Source of the DNA: a virus
Lineage: Duplodnaviria; Caudoviricetes
Length of the DNA: 29,092 bases
Virus record (IMG/VR): IMGVR_UViG_3300025084_000149
Coordinates: 1-29,092 of that record
Strand: one strand, 5' to 3'
Shown here piece by piece: positions 17,450 through 24,355 of the stretch; the stretch's first letter is position 1, and each line of letters opens with the position of its first letter. Under the pieces are notes generated by a model. It was not told the DNA's origin. It searched no databases and saw only the letters and a list, made by a program, of their open reading frames with translations. The position numbers were made by a program, and so were the translations under genes.

Positions 17450-17662
17450 TTATCTTTTACTACCATTAATTTTTCTTTTTTTTGCTGGTGGGTTACCTCT
17501 TGTCGGTGCTATCTTTGACCTTATATTTGTTCTACTATAATAGTTTGTTTGTTTCTGTTCGTCACAAGGTATAAATTTAACTTTATCTTTTTCACTGCTT
17601 AGCTCTGTTAAATTAACCCACTTACCTTTTATTTTTCTCCATATATCTTTTTTGTCTTTCAT
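17450..17662 (-). CDS. Basic hypothetical protein
   Basis: 70-aa ORF with an A-rich leader (aaaacaaaaacaaaatt-ATG). Confidence 0.65.
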   Translation of the reverse strand: MKDKKDIWRKIKGKWVNLTELSSEKDKVKFIPCDEQKQTNYYSRTNIRSKIAPTRGNPPAKKRKINGSKR

Positions 17663-17677
17663 AATTTTGTTTTTGTT

Positions 17678-17800
17678 TTATAGTAATGCTAATATTCTTA
17701 AATCTTCTTGTATGTCTTTAATCATTTTTAAAGCGTCTTTATAGTCTTGGTTTTCCATTGCTTCAATAACTATGTCTAGGTCATATACAAATCTAATCAT
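17678..17800 (-). CDS. Small hypothetical protein, 40 aa (not in ORF track)
   Basis: MIRFVYDLDIVIEAMENQDYKDALKMIKDIQEDLRILALL; overlaps the exonuclease stop. Confidence 0.7.
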   Translation of the reverse strand: MIRFVYDLDIVIEAMENQDYKDALKMIKDIQEDLRILALL

Positions 17801-18509
17801 TTGTTCTTAGTTTTAATAAGTGATAGCACTCTACAAATTTTTGACGTGCTTTGCCTTTGTATTCTTGTTTAAATAATTCATACATCTTTTTTGTGTATTG
17901 GTATTTAGTGTCGCATTCAGCTAAGTATTTTTCTGAAAACTTTTTTCCTTTACCTTTAAAATAGTTTACGTTGTCGGCAGTATCTCCAATTATCATTTGC
18001 TCATAAAAGTTATATAAAGCCTCGTCCTCACTTATATCTAAAACCTCTTTATGTTTATAGTGATAGTTATAAATTTTGGCTGGAAATTGTCGGTAGTCTT
18101 TATCGATTGAAACTATCATAACATTGTCACGCCCTAGTTCGTTTGACAGTTCGTACCAATATCTAGCAACCATATCATCAGTTTCTATACCATAACCCCA
18201 AACGCTGTCGTATTGGTCTTTAACGTATTGGTGCATCTCATCTAATAAAGGTGGTAACTCTTGCTTTTTTCTATTGGCTTTGTAGTCGCTTGTAATTAGC
18301 TTTCTAAAATTGCCTTTACTACCGCTGAACGTTATTACTTTTTCAACAGGGTACATATCTTCAAGCTTATTGACTATGCTCATAAATTGCTCATCAAACT
18401 TCGCTTGTGCCTCTTCTATATCTCGATAGTATTTGTCATCTTCTGGGTTCTCTCGTTTTTTATAACAAGCTGCGAAGATTAAACTATCTGCATCTACTAG
18501 TAGTATCAT
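17793..18509 (-). CDS. 5'-3' exonuclease / flap endonuclease (T7 gp6 / T5 D15-like)
   Basis: LLVDAD, NFRK...YKANR, ETDD, SIDKDYRQ and GDTADN motifs. Confidence 0.93.
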   Translation of the reverse strand: MILLVDADSLIFAACYKKRENPEDDKYYRDIEEAQAKFDEQFMSIVNKLEDMYPVEKVITFSGSKGNFRKLITSDYKANRKKQELPPLLDEMHQYVKDQYDSVWGYGIETDDMVARYWYELSNELGRDNVMIVSIDKDYRQFPAKIYNYHYKHKEVLDISEDEALYNFYEQMIIGDTADNVNYFKGKGKKFSEKYLAECDTKYQYTKKMYELFKQEYKGKARQKFVECYHLLKLRTND

Positions 18510-18628
18510 TCTATATCTAAATTAAAGCATTCAATTGAACAGTAATAATCGCCATTTGTTTCAGAACCGCAACAAGCGCATTCAGTCTTTGTATCTGGTT
18601 CATCTATATAACTATCTAACCAACTCAT
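18506..18628 (-). CDS. Small zinc-ribbon protein, 40 aa (not in ORF track)
   Basis: CACC...YCSIEC; ATGA overlaps at both ends. Confidence 0.78.
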   Translation of the reverse strand: MSWLDSYIDEPDTKTECACCGSETNGDYYCSIECFNLDIE

Positions 18629-18900
18629 ATATCGTATTGTTTTAAATCGTTTTGTAATTTTTCTATTTGTTCTTTAAGCTGTATTAACTGCTTATTTTTT
18701 TCTTCTCGTATTAAACTTATACGTCTTGTTAATACTGTATTTTCAACGTTTAAACCGTTTACATATTGACCTATTTCTGTCATTCCTTGCACTATGTTTT
18801 TTAAGTCTGTATTGGCTGGTTTCTCTTTACTCCATTGCATAATTAAATTAGCTATGTGGTTAAACCATAAATTATAAGACTGTTTTTGTAGTGGTGTCAT
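18625..18900 (-). CDS. Hypothetical coiled-coil protein
   Basis: 91-aa ORF coupled to both neighbours. Confidence 0.75.
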   Translation of the reverse strand: MTPLQKQSYNLWFNHIANLIMQWSKEKPANTDLKNIVQGMTEIGQYVNGLNVENTVLTRRISLIREEKNKQLIQLKEQIEKLQNDLKQYDI

Positions 18901-19088
18901 TATATCTTAGAACCTATAATTAAACCAAAAGTAAAAATTAAAATTCCTAAAAGTAGAATACTTCCTGTTATTACAAGATTTCTATATTCTTGTTGTTTAC
19001 GTTCTTTTTCTTGTAACTCTTTTTTGGTGTAAACCTCAATGCGATTTTTTCTAGTTTCAATGTGTAGTCCTGTCTTTGTCTTTTTCAT
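18900..19088 (-). CDS. Small membrane protein
   Basis: Basic N-terminus and a C-terminal hydrophobic helix (LVITGSILLLGILIFTFGLII). Confidence 0.75.
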   Translation of the reverse strand: MKKTKTGLHIETRKNRIEVYTKKELQEKERKQQEYRNLVITGSILLLGILIFTFGLIIGSKI

Positions 19089-19104
19089 AATGTTTTGTTT
19101 TAAT

Positions 19105-19130
19105 GGGGGTTTTTACACCCCCTTTGTTTT
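19105..19130. terminator. Hairpin GGGGGT-GTAAAA-ACCCCC; U-tract only in the + orientation
   Basis: 6-bp GC-rich stem followed by TTTGTTTT on the + strand. Confidence 0.6.
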
Positions 19131-19133
19131 ATT

Positions 19134-19364
19134 TTATATTTCACAGTCTAAGTGATAAGATGTTAAACCATTAGGATATTCACCTAACCATATTAATTCT
19201 TTTTTCTCTAAAGAACCTATCACGCCTTTAAGTTGATTTTTAGTACCATTAAAAGCACTTGCAATTTCATCAAAACACTCCGTAGGTGTTTCCTCGTAAT
19301 CATCACCCCAAGAGATAATTGTTAGTACTTCTTTTTCTAATTGTGTTAAATTTGCAGTTGTCAT
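19134..19364 (-). CDS. Winged helix-turn-helix protein, putative (76 aa)
   Basis: LTQLEKEVL...FDEIASAFNGTKNQLKGVIGSLEKKELI; ATG at 19364 preferred to the track's TTG start. Confidence 0.65.
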   Translation of the reverse strand: MTTANLTQLEKEVLTIISWGDDYEETPTECFDEIASAFNGTKNQLKGVIGSLEKKELIWLGEYPNGLTSYHLDCEI

Positions 19365-19393
19365 AATATTTGTTTTTGTGTTATTAATATACC

Positions 19394-19435
19394 GCAATAT
19401 ACAACTTTATTTTAGTTATAAACATATTATTAACT
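19394..19435 (-). promoter_or_regulatory. Host-type early promoter (TATATTGC) with upstream tandem 9-mers
   Basis: Variant of the Bacteroidota -7 element TAnnTTTG at 19394-19401; TTATAAACA at 19416-19424 and TTATTAACT at 19427-19435 (+ strand). Confidence 0.55.
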
Positions 19436-19906
19436 ATTTTTTTTATTTATTTTTTCTTTTATATCAAAATAGCTATCCCAAATACCAATCTCTAGTTCTT
19501 CATTTAAGTTAATTATTGCAGCATCTTTTTCTTCTAACAAGTAACAAGGCTTTAATATTTTCTTTTTAGTCCAAAGCGTTGTATCAGGACAATACATATC
19601 TTTTGTTTGTAAGTCTTTTAAATTATTTAGCCAGAACATATAATTGCCTTTAGGGTCGTTTACTAAATACAGTGCCACCTTACCTGTTTCAATTAGTTTG
19701 TCGTACTTAAATTTTTCTATTATTTTGGTGTCATAGTATTTATTTCTAAACTTCATTTCGATAACGCATTCTTGACTTTTGGGTTTGGGAGTTGTGCCTA
19801 TTGCGTCCCAGCTTTCCATTCCGTCACCTGTATGTTTTAAGTTCCAACCGTCTAGGTTTAAAAGTGTTACTACTGCTTTTTCCCAGTTATGTATTTTATT
19901 TATCAT
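19430..19906 (-). CDS. PD-(D/E)xK-fold nuclease-like protein
   Basis: E...WDAIG...VIEMKFR motif. Confidence 0.6.
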   Translation of the reverse strand: MINKIHNWEKAVVTLLNLDGWNLKHTGDGMESWDAIGTTPKPKSQECVIEMKFRNKYYDTKIIEKFKYDKLIETGKVALYLVNDPKGNYMFWLNNLKDLQTKDMYCPDTTLWTKKKILKPCYLLEEKDAAIINLNEELEIGIWDSYFDIKEKINKKNS

Positions 19907-20102
19907 TTAATTTGTTATATATATTATCAATATCTTTTATCCACATTACTAATGTTTTAGGTCGGCAACTGCAAGGTTCGTGATACCTGTGGTTTAAATA
20001 ACGAGCGTGGAGCGTACATAAAAGCCTGTACTGGTCTTTTGTTAGCTTAGTAGTTACATTTGCTTTAAAATCAACCCACGCTTCTTGGTCATCTATTCTC
20101 AT
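19896..20102 (-). CDS. Hypothetical protein with HEPCSC motif (68 aa)
   Basis: Start placed at the ATG at 20102 (ATGA overlap with the upstream small gene). Confidence 0.72.
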   Translation of the reverse strand: MRIDDQEAWVDFKANVTTKLTKDQYRLLCTLHARYLNHRYHEPCSCRPKTLVMWIKDIDNIYNKLNDK

Positions 20103-20242
20103 AGCTCTATATTTATATCGTTCCAGTCGTTTCGCCTTTGGTCGCAACCGCAGTCTTTACCTAGTGCTTTGCTAATCTTTTTTACTAACCAATGAATGCC
20201 AGTGTAATAAGTAATGTAATAAACTAAATCTCCTAATCTCAT
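20099..20242 (-). CDS. Small protein with DCGC motif, 47 aa (not in ORF track)
   Basis: MRLGDLVYYITYYTGIHWLVKKISKALGKDCGCDQRRNDWNDINIEL; ATGA overlaps at both ends. Confidence 0.8.
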   Translation of the reverse strand: MRLGDLVYYITYYTGIHWLVKKISKALGKDCGCDQRRNDWNDINIEL

Positions 20243-20634
20243 AAGTTAAATTTTTTAATTTTCCATAATTTACTAAATCCTTTTAAAGTGTCTTTTAGTG
20301 TTATTTCTGTTTTAGCGTTTTTCCATTGTTTATCTATGTAGATACTTTCTACATTGCATTCGCTTAACGGTATATCTTTATCATCATTTTTAAAATTATG
20401 AGTAACGAATAAAACAACAGATTTTTTAGTATGCCAAGCGTTTGATATTCTCTCTAAAACAAGTCTTTGTCCTGTTGGTATTTTGTTTCCTTTACGCTTA
20501 ACTTCCATTAAAATAAGAACCTCATTATTAAATTCTAAAACAACATCAATATCGGTAGGGTGTATCTTGCCGCTTTGAATACCTGTAAAATCAATACTTT
20601 GTCTAACTTGTTTAGTGTTTCTAATTAAACTCAT
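20239..20634 (-). CDS. PD-(D/E)xK / VRR-NUC-like nuclease
   Basis: PTDID...LMEVKRKG...TGQR motif. Confidence 0.65.
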   Translation of the reverse strand: MSLIRNTKQVRQSIDFTGIQSGKIHPTDIDVVLEFNNEVLILMEVKRKGNKIPTGQRLVLERISNAWHTKKSVVLFVTHNFKNDDKDIPLSECNVESIYIDKQWKNAKTEITLKDTLKGFSKLWKIKKFNL

Positions 20635-21122
20635 AGCTTGTTCTTTATATGTTTCTTTGCGTTTGTATATGTATTGTAAAGTGAGTAATAACTTATTTTA
20701 GTGTTTCTGCTTAACTCTGCAACGCTTACGCCCTTAGCGACTATCTCAAATATTTTCTTATCGTACCAATACATTTCGTTTAATATGCTGTCTATATGGT
20801 CACGTTGCTTTGCCCATTCAACCTCATCTATTCCGCTTTCTTGTATTTCTTTTAATTCGTTAATGTCGTTTAAATAAACCTTTTTTTGTCTTAGGCTTGA
20901 CTTGTATAAATTTGTATAAATACCCCTTAGAACTTTATAGCAGTAGTAATGATTAATCTGGTCTTTATAGTAAAGGTCTAAACCTTTTTTGACATCAGCA
21001 TCTAATTGGATATACATCTCCATTACAACGTCCTCGCTCATTGAGGGGTTGCAACCGAAACTCTTTACTATGTTATTCCAGTCGCTATGCTTTTTATATG
21101 CTAGTTCTAAAATTGGTGTCAT
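20631..21122 (-). CDS. Phage sigma-70/ECF-like RNA polymerase sigma factor
   Basis: Region-2-like SEDVVMEMYIQL and region-4 HTH (YDKKIFEIVAKGVSVAELSRNTKISYYSL); 163 aa. Confidence 0.8.
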   Translation of the reverse strand: MTPILELAYKKHSDWNNIVKSFGCNPSMSEDVVMEMYIQLDADVKKGLDLYYKDQINHYYCYKVLRGIYTNLYKSSLRQKKVYLNDINELKEIQESGIDEVEWAKQRDHIDSILNEMYWYDKKIFEIVAKGVSVAELSRNTKISYYSLYNTYTNAKKHIKNKL

Positions 21123-21131
21123 TTATTTATT

Positions 21132-21980
21132 TTATAAGCCACAATAACCACTGTCGCATTCGTTAAAGTCATCATCAAATAATTCTGTTTGTTTAAAACT
21201 GTTTTTTATTTGTTTATAGTTAATTCCGTTTTTAAAGGTTCTAACATTATATCCTGTTTGTTGTTCTGCTTCTATAAACCAATTAAATTTATTTGGGTGC
21301 TTATCACTCATTAACTTGAGTAACACTTCGTTTCTATGAAAACAACCTACGCAATTATTCATATAAGCAAACCTAACGTTTTTACCTTTCCAGAATGTTT
21401 CTATTTGGTCTTTATATATATTATCTTTTATTAATGGAAATACAGGTTTTTGCCATTCTATATCTGCCCATTTGTTTTGTGTTTTTCTTTTACCTACAAT
21501 AGTTTTCATTTCTAAAAAACCATTTTCATTTGTTTTATTTAACATTGTTTTTGCTCTATTTTGTTCGTTTGCCCTAAATCCTATACGCATATTAACAACT
21601 TCATTTATTTTATTTTGCCACCAATTAAAAATTGGTTTTAATTTCATTTCAGTTGTGCAAAATCTTATTGTTGCATTTGGTAAATATTTTTTACCATTTC
21701 TATCAATAACCTTGTCAAAAGTCTTACCAGTTACCCAGTCGATTTTACTACCTATAAATTGTTCTAAATCTAACATTGTGTATATGATAGTATCTTCTTC
21801 TAATGTACCTATAAATTCAGTGCCTAACTTATCACTAACTTGTTGTCTTATTTTAGCATCTGGGAACATACATTTTTTATCATCTGTTCTAACTAAAGAA
21901 AATACATTATAATCTGCTGGGTAATTAGCTGCTATATAACTTGATGTTTTACCACCGCTTAAACTGTTTACCGTTTTCAT
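21132..21980 (-). CDS. PAPS-reductase-like / adenine nucleotide alpha-hydrolase (PP-loop) protein
   Basis: SLSGGKTS PP-loop, RFCTTEMK, IGFRANE, NCVGCF and terminal CDSGYCG motifs. Confidence 0.82.
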   Translation of the reverse strand: MKTVNSLSGGKTSSYIAANYPADYNVFSLVRTDDKKCMFPDAKIRQQVSDKLGTEFIGTLEEDTIIYTMLDLEQFIGSKIDWVTGKTFDKVIDRNGKKYLPNATIRFCTTEMKLKPIFNWWQNKINEVVNMRIGFRANEQNRAKTMLNKTNENGFLEMKTIVGKRKTQNKWADIEWQKPVFPLIKDNIYKDQIETFWKGKNVRFAYMNNCVGCFHRNEVLLKLMSDKHPNKFNWFIEAEQQTGYNVRTFKNGINYKQIKNSFKQTELFDDDFNECDSGYCGL

Positions 21981-22849
21981 TGTGTCGTTGTTTTAGTTAG
22001 TGTTCTAGGTACAAAGTATTCTAATGGGTCGTATATTTCGCCAACTACAAAAGGCAATCCAAACTCATTAATACTAAAGCTAAACGTTTCAAAGGCGTAA
22101 CCCCTAGAACGTTTGCAGCTTACTGTTATCCATTCTTTATTTACTGTATTTACTTCAAGTTGTATTTGTGTTTCTGTCTTTTTTTCAAGGAACGAACCTA
22201 AATGTCCTGTTGGCTTGTCGCTTCCATAATTACTATGTATTACCGTTACTATATGGCAATCATATTTTGCAGATAGTTGCATTATTTTTTGAACGCATAA
22301 ATTACTTTCTTCTAAATTATTAACGTCCGAAACTAAATCAGCAATTCCGTCTATAATAAGCAAACCGTTTTTATCTTTGTTTTGTTCTAAACAGTGTTCT
22401 ATAAATTGTAACCGTTCTTTATATCCTACCGTTCTTAGTGCGTATGTATGATAACAACCAACTTCTTTTGTGTTACTCATATCTTGAACACGCTTAAAAA
22501 CTCGTTGAGCGTGCCAATGTCCTTGTTCTGTATCAAAGTGCATTAAACAACGTCCGTCACGATGCCCTTTTATTTTACCCCCAAAGTTATTGCCACCACT
22601 TAAATAAACCGAAGCTAGTAATGATACAAAAAATGTCTTTTTACTTTTTGGCGGTGCTTGTACGAAACTAAAATTTCCATAAGTTCCAATAGGAATAGGC
22701 ATTGTTATCTCGCCACCTTTTGCTTGTATAGTTTTTTCCCCTAAACTTAATGCTGTTGGTGGATATTCCATAACTGCTGCTGTGTCGATAGTGCATTCTT
22801 CTGCAATCAACTCCATTAACATATTATGCGTAGTTTGTTCTTCTGTCAT
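21977..22849 (-). CDS. RecA/DnaB-like (SF4, AAA_25-type) helicase
   Basis: Atypical Walker A APPKSKKT, FDTEQ, Walker B LLIIDGIAD, VIH and GHLGS motifs. Confidence 0.82.
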   Translation of the reverse strand: MTEEQTTHNMLMELIAEECTIDTAAVMEYPPTALSLGEKTIQAKGGEITMPIPIGTYGNFSFVQAPPKSKKTFFVSLLASVYLSGGNNFGGKIKGHRDGRCLMHFDTEQGHWHAQRVFKRVQDMSNTKEVGCYHTYALRTVGYKERLQFIEHCLEQNKDKNGLLIIDGIADLVSDVNNLEESNLCVQKIMQLSAKYDCHIVTVIHSNYGSDKPTGHLGSFLEKKTETQIQLEVNTVNKEWITVSCKRSRGYAFETFSFSINEFGLPFVVGEIYDPLEYFVPRTLTKTTTQ

Positions 22850-22866
22850 ATTATTGTATTGTTTTG

Positions 22867-22874
22867 TAAAGGTA
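22867..22874 (-). promoter_or_regulatory. Possible host-type promoter -7 element (TACCTTTA)
   Basis: One mismatch from TAnnTTTG; sits between a terminator and the helicase start. Confidence 0.45.
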
Positions 22875-22876
22875 AT

Positions 22877-22901
22877 AAAAAAGGCGGTTATTACACCGCC
22901 C
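22877..22901 (-). terminator. Intrinsic terminator after ssb
   Basis: GGCGGT-GTAATA-ACCGCC followed by T6. Confidence 0.85.
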
Positions 22902-22908
22902 TAGTTAG

Positions 22909-23208
22909 TTAAAATGGTAAGTCGCTTGTTTCAGCTTCTTGTACTATTTCTTTAGCTTCTTCACGTTCAGCCTTGACAATGTTACCGTCAGTCCAAACTA
23001 CTTGACCGTTGCCAATGTAAGTTCTTGGCTTCTTAGCTTCACGTTCTTCTTGTGTTTGGCTAATCATAATCGATGCGTTATTTCCGTAACGTGTCTCGTC
23101 ATTTACTGACATTGTAAGGTTAACATAAACCGCACCGTCTTTTCCAGCAATAAATTTCTCCTTAGGGAGCTTATCTACTCTTAAACTATAATTGATAATT
23201 GCACTCAT
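22909..23208 (-). CDS. ssb: Single-stranded DNA-binding protein, putative
   Basis: 99 aa, beta-rich, acidic tail ending in DLPF, between annealase and helicase genes. Confidence 0.75.
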   Translation of the reverse strand: MSAIINYSLRVDKLPKEKFIAGKDGAVYVNLTMSVNDETRYGNNASIMISQTQEEREAKKPRTYIGNGQVVWTDGNIVKAEREEAKEIVQEAETSDLPF

Positions 23209-23232
23209 AATTTTACTTGTTTTTAATTGTTA

Positions 23233-23625
23233 TTATTTATTATTATTTTTAAAACTTTCGCTTTCATCTTCTCCAAAAACTCCCTGTTCGTAAAAGCCTG
23301 TTAATTTAAGCACCGCCCTTGACATTGCTCGTTTCTCCGCCATTTCAGCAACGTACCAACTATTTGTCGAACTGTCTTTATAGTTTTCGCCTTTTAAAGC
23401 ACTGCCAAAGGTTTCTATTGTTGCAGCTCCTTTATGTGCTACTGCTTTAAATACTGCAAAATTCGGTTCGCATCTTACAACTTCATAATTGATTGTAATA
23501 TTACTTTGTGCCATTAATTTTTCTATACCGCTTCTGGTGATGATTAAATAATGTTGATGTTTAAATACATCGTCTTTAGTTAAATTATACTCTTTGTATA
23601 ACTCTGTTAATTTTTCTTTGTTCAT
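23233..23625 (-). CDS. Single-strand annealing protein (Rad52/Sak-like fold), putative
   Basis: ETFGSA...MAEKRAMSRAVLKLTG motif; adjacent to ssb. Confidence 0.65.
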   Translation of the reverse strand: MNKEKLTELYKEYNLTKDDVFKHQHYLIITRSGIEKLMAQSNITINYEVVRCEPNFAVFKAVAHKGAATIETFGSALKGENYKDSSTNSWYVAEMAEKRAMSRAVLKLTGFYEQGVFGEDESESFKNNNK

Positions 23626-23626
23626 A

Positions 23627-23755
23627 TTAATTGTTTTTGATTTCTATTTGTGCTTCTAAAAATTCTACTCTTTTTTCTAATGCTTCTATTCTAGCATTTA
23701 AGTAGTCTATTGTATCTGGACTTGAACTTCTTTTTACATCTTCTGAATAAGTCAT
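23627..23755 (-). CDS. Small coiled-coil protein, 42 aa (not in ORF track)
   Basis: MTYSEDVKRSSSPDTIDYLNARIEALEKRVEFLEAQIEIKNN; 1-nt gaps to both neighbours. Confidence 0.78.
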   Translation of the reverse strand: MTYSEDVKRSSSPDTIDYLNARIEALEKRVEFLEAQIEIKNN

Positions 23756-23756
23756 A

Positions 23757-23957
23757 TTAAATCTCTTTAAATAATTGATACGGACTATCCACGTCTAATA
23801 AAAATTTTAAATCTAAAACTAAACTATAAGGAATATCTCCTACATATTCATAGTTTTCTAATCTGTCAATAGTAAACCCAACTAAATCAGGGTGTTTAAT
23901 GTTTTCTAAATCCAGGTTTTCACCGTACTCGGGTTTTAATCTTTCTAATAAATTCAT
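23757..23957 (-). CDS. Hypothetical early protein
   Basis: 66 aa, leader aaacaatacatt-ATG. Confidence 0.75.
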   Translation of the reverse strand: MNLLERLKPEYGENLDLENIKHPDLVGFTIDRLENYEYVGDIPYSLVLDLKFLLDVDSPYQLFKEI

Positions 23958-24209
23958 AATGTATTGTTTATAATTTTAAAATAAATGTTCTAAATCAAAA
24001 GCAGTTGATAACTCGTCCATAGCATCTTCTATTAAACTTATCGCAGTATCTATTGCATTCATTTTATCTTCGTGTATTTCACAGGCTTCACTTTCGTGCC
24101 ATTTTTCTGAACGCTCGTCCATTGCCCATTCCATTGCTTCTAGCTTTTCTTGTAGCTTTTCTTTTAAATTGTTTAGTTTTGTTAAATTTGCTTTCATAAT
24201 GTATTGTTT
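23953..24209. repeat. 17-bp direct repeat TTCATAATGTATTGTTT at 23953-23969 and 24193-24209
   Basis: Exact match spanning the leader and start codon of two consecutive early genes. Confidence 0.85.
23976..24197 (-). CDS. Acidic helical hypothetical early protein
   Basis: 73 aa, first gene after the TATATTTG promoter. Confidence 0.75.
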   Translation of the reverse strand: MKANLTKLNNLKEKLQEKLEAMEWAMDERSEKWHESEACEIHEDKMNAIDTAISLIEDAMDELSTAFDLEHLF

Positions 24210-24224
24210 TAATTAATATTAAGG

Positions 24225-24275
24225 CAAATATAAAACAAATAATTCAATAAAAAAAATATAAACACATTATAAACA
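24225..24275 (-). promoter_or_regulatory. Host-type early promoter (TATATTTG) with upstream tandem 9-mers
   Basis: Consensus Bacteroidota -7 element at 24225-24232; ATATAAACA at 24256-24264 and TTATAAACA at 24267-24275 (+ strand). Confidence 0.7.
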
Positions 24276-24300
24276 AAAAAACCACCCTTTTACAGGTGGC
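24275..24300 (-). terminator. Intrinsic terminator downstream of ninG
   Basis: GCCACCT-GTAAAA-GGGTGGT followed by T6. Confidence 0.85.
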
Positions 24301-24341
24301 TTAATTTGGCTGGTTAGCCTATTTTAAAACAAAAACAATAC
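24275..24341 (-). ncRNA. Candidate small regulatory RNA (~65 nt)
   Basis: TATCTTTG promoter element at 24346-24353; U-rich 5' segment, GGCT-AACC-AGCC hairpin and terminator; no start codon ATG. Confidence 0.4.
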
Positions 24342-24355
24342 TTTACAAAGATACA

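Noticed and set aside
19365-19397. TTG-start extension of the wHTH ORF
   Set aside because: It overlaps the promoter element, and the ATG at 19364 has the typical A-rich leader
20103-20147. TTG-start extension of ORF 19896-20147
   Set aside because: This region belongs to the 47-aa DCGC gene; the ATG at 20102 is ATGA-coupled
15314-20634. Restriction-modification system made of the methyltransferase and the PD-(D/E)xK proteins
   Set aside because: The genes are not adjacent, and the small nucleases look like ordinary phage recombination/processing enzymes
21132-21980. Calling this cysH (sulfur auxiliary metabolic gene) or a full Dnd phosphorothioation system
   Set aside because: No partner genes are present and only superfamily-level motifs are visible
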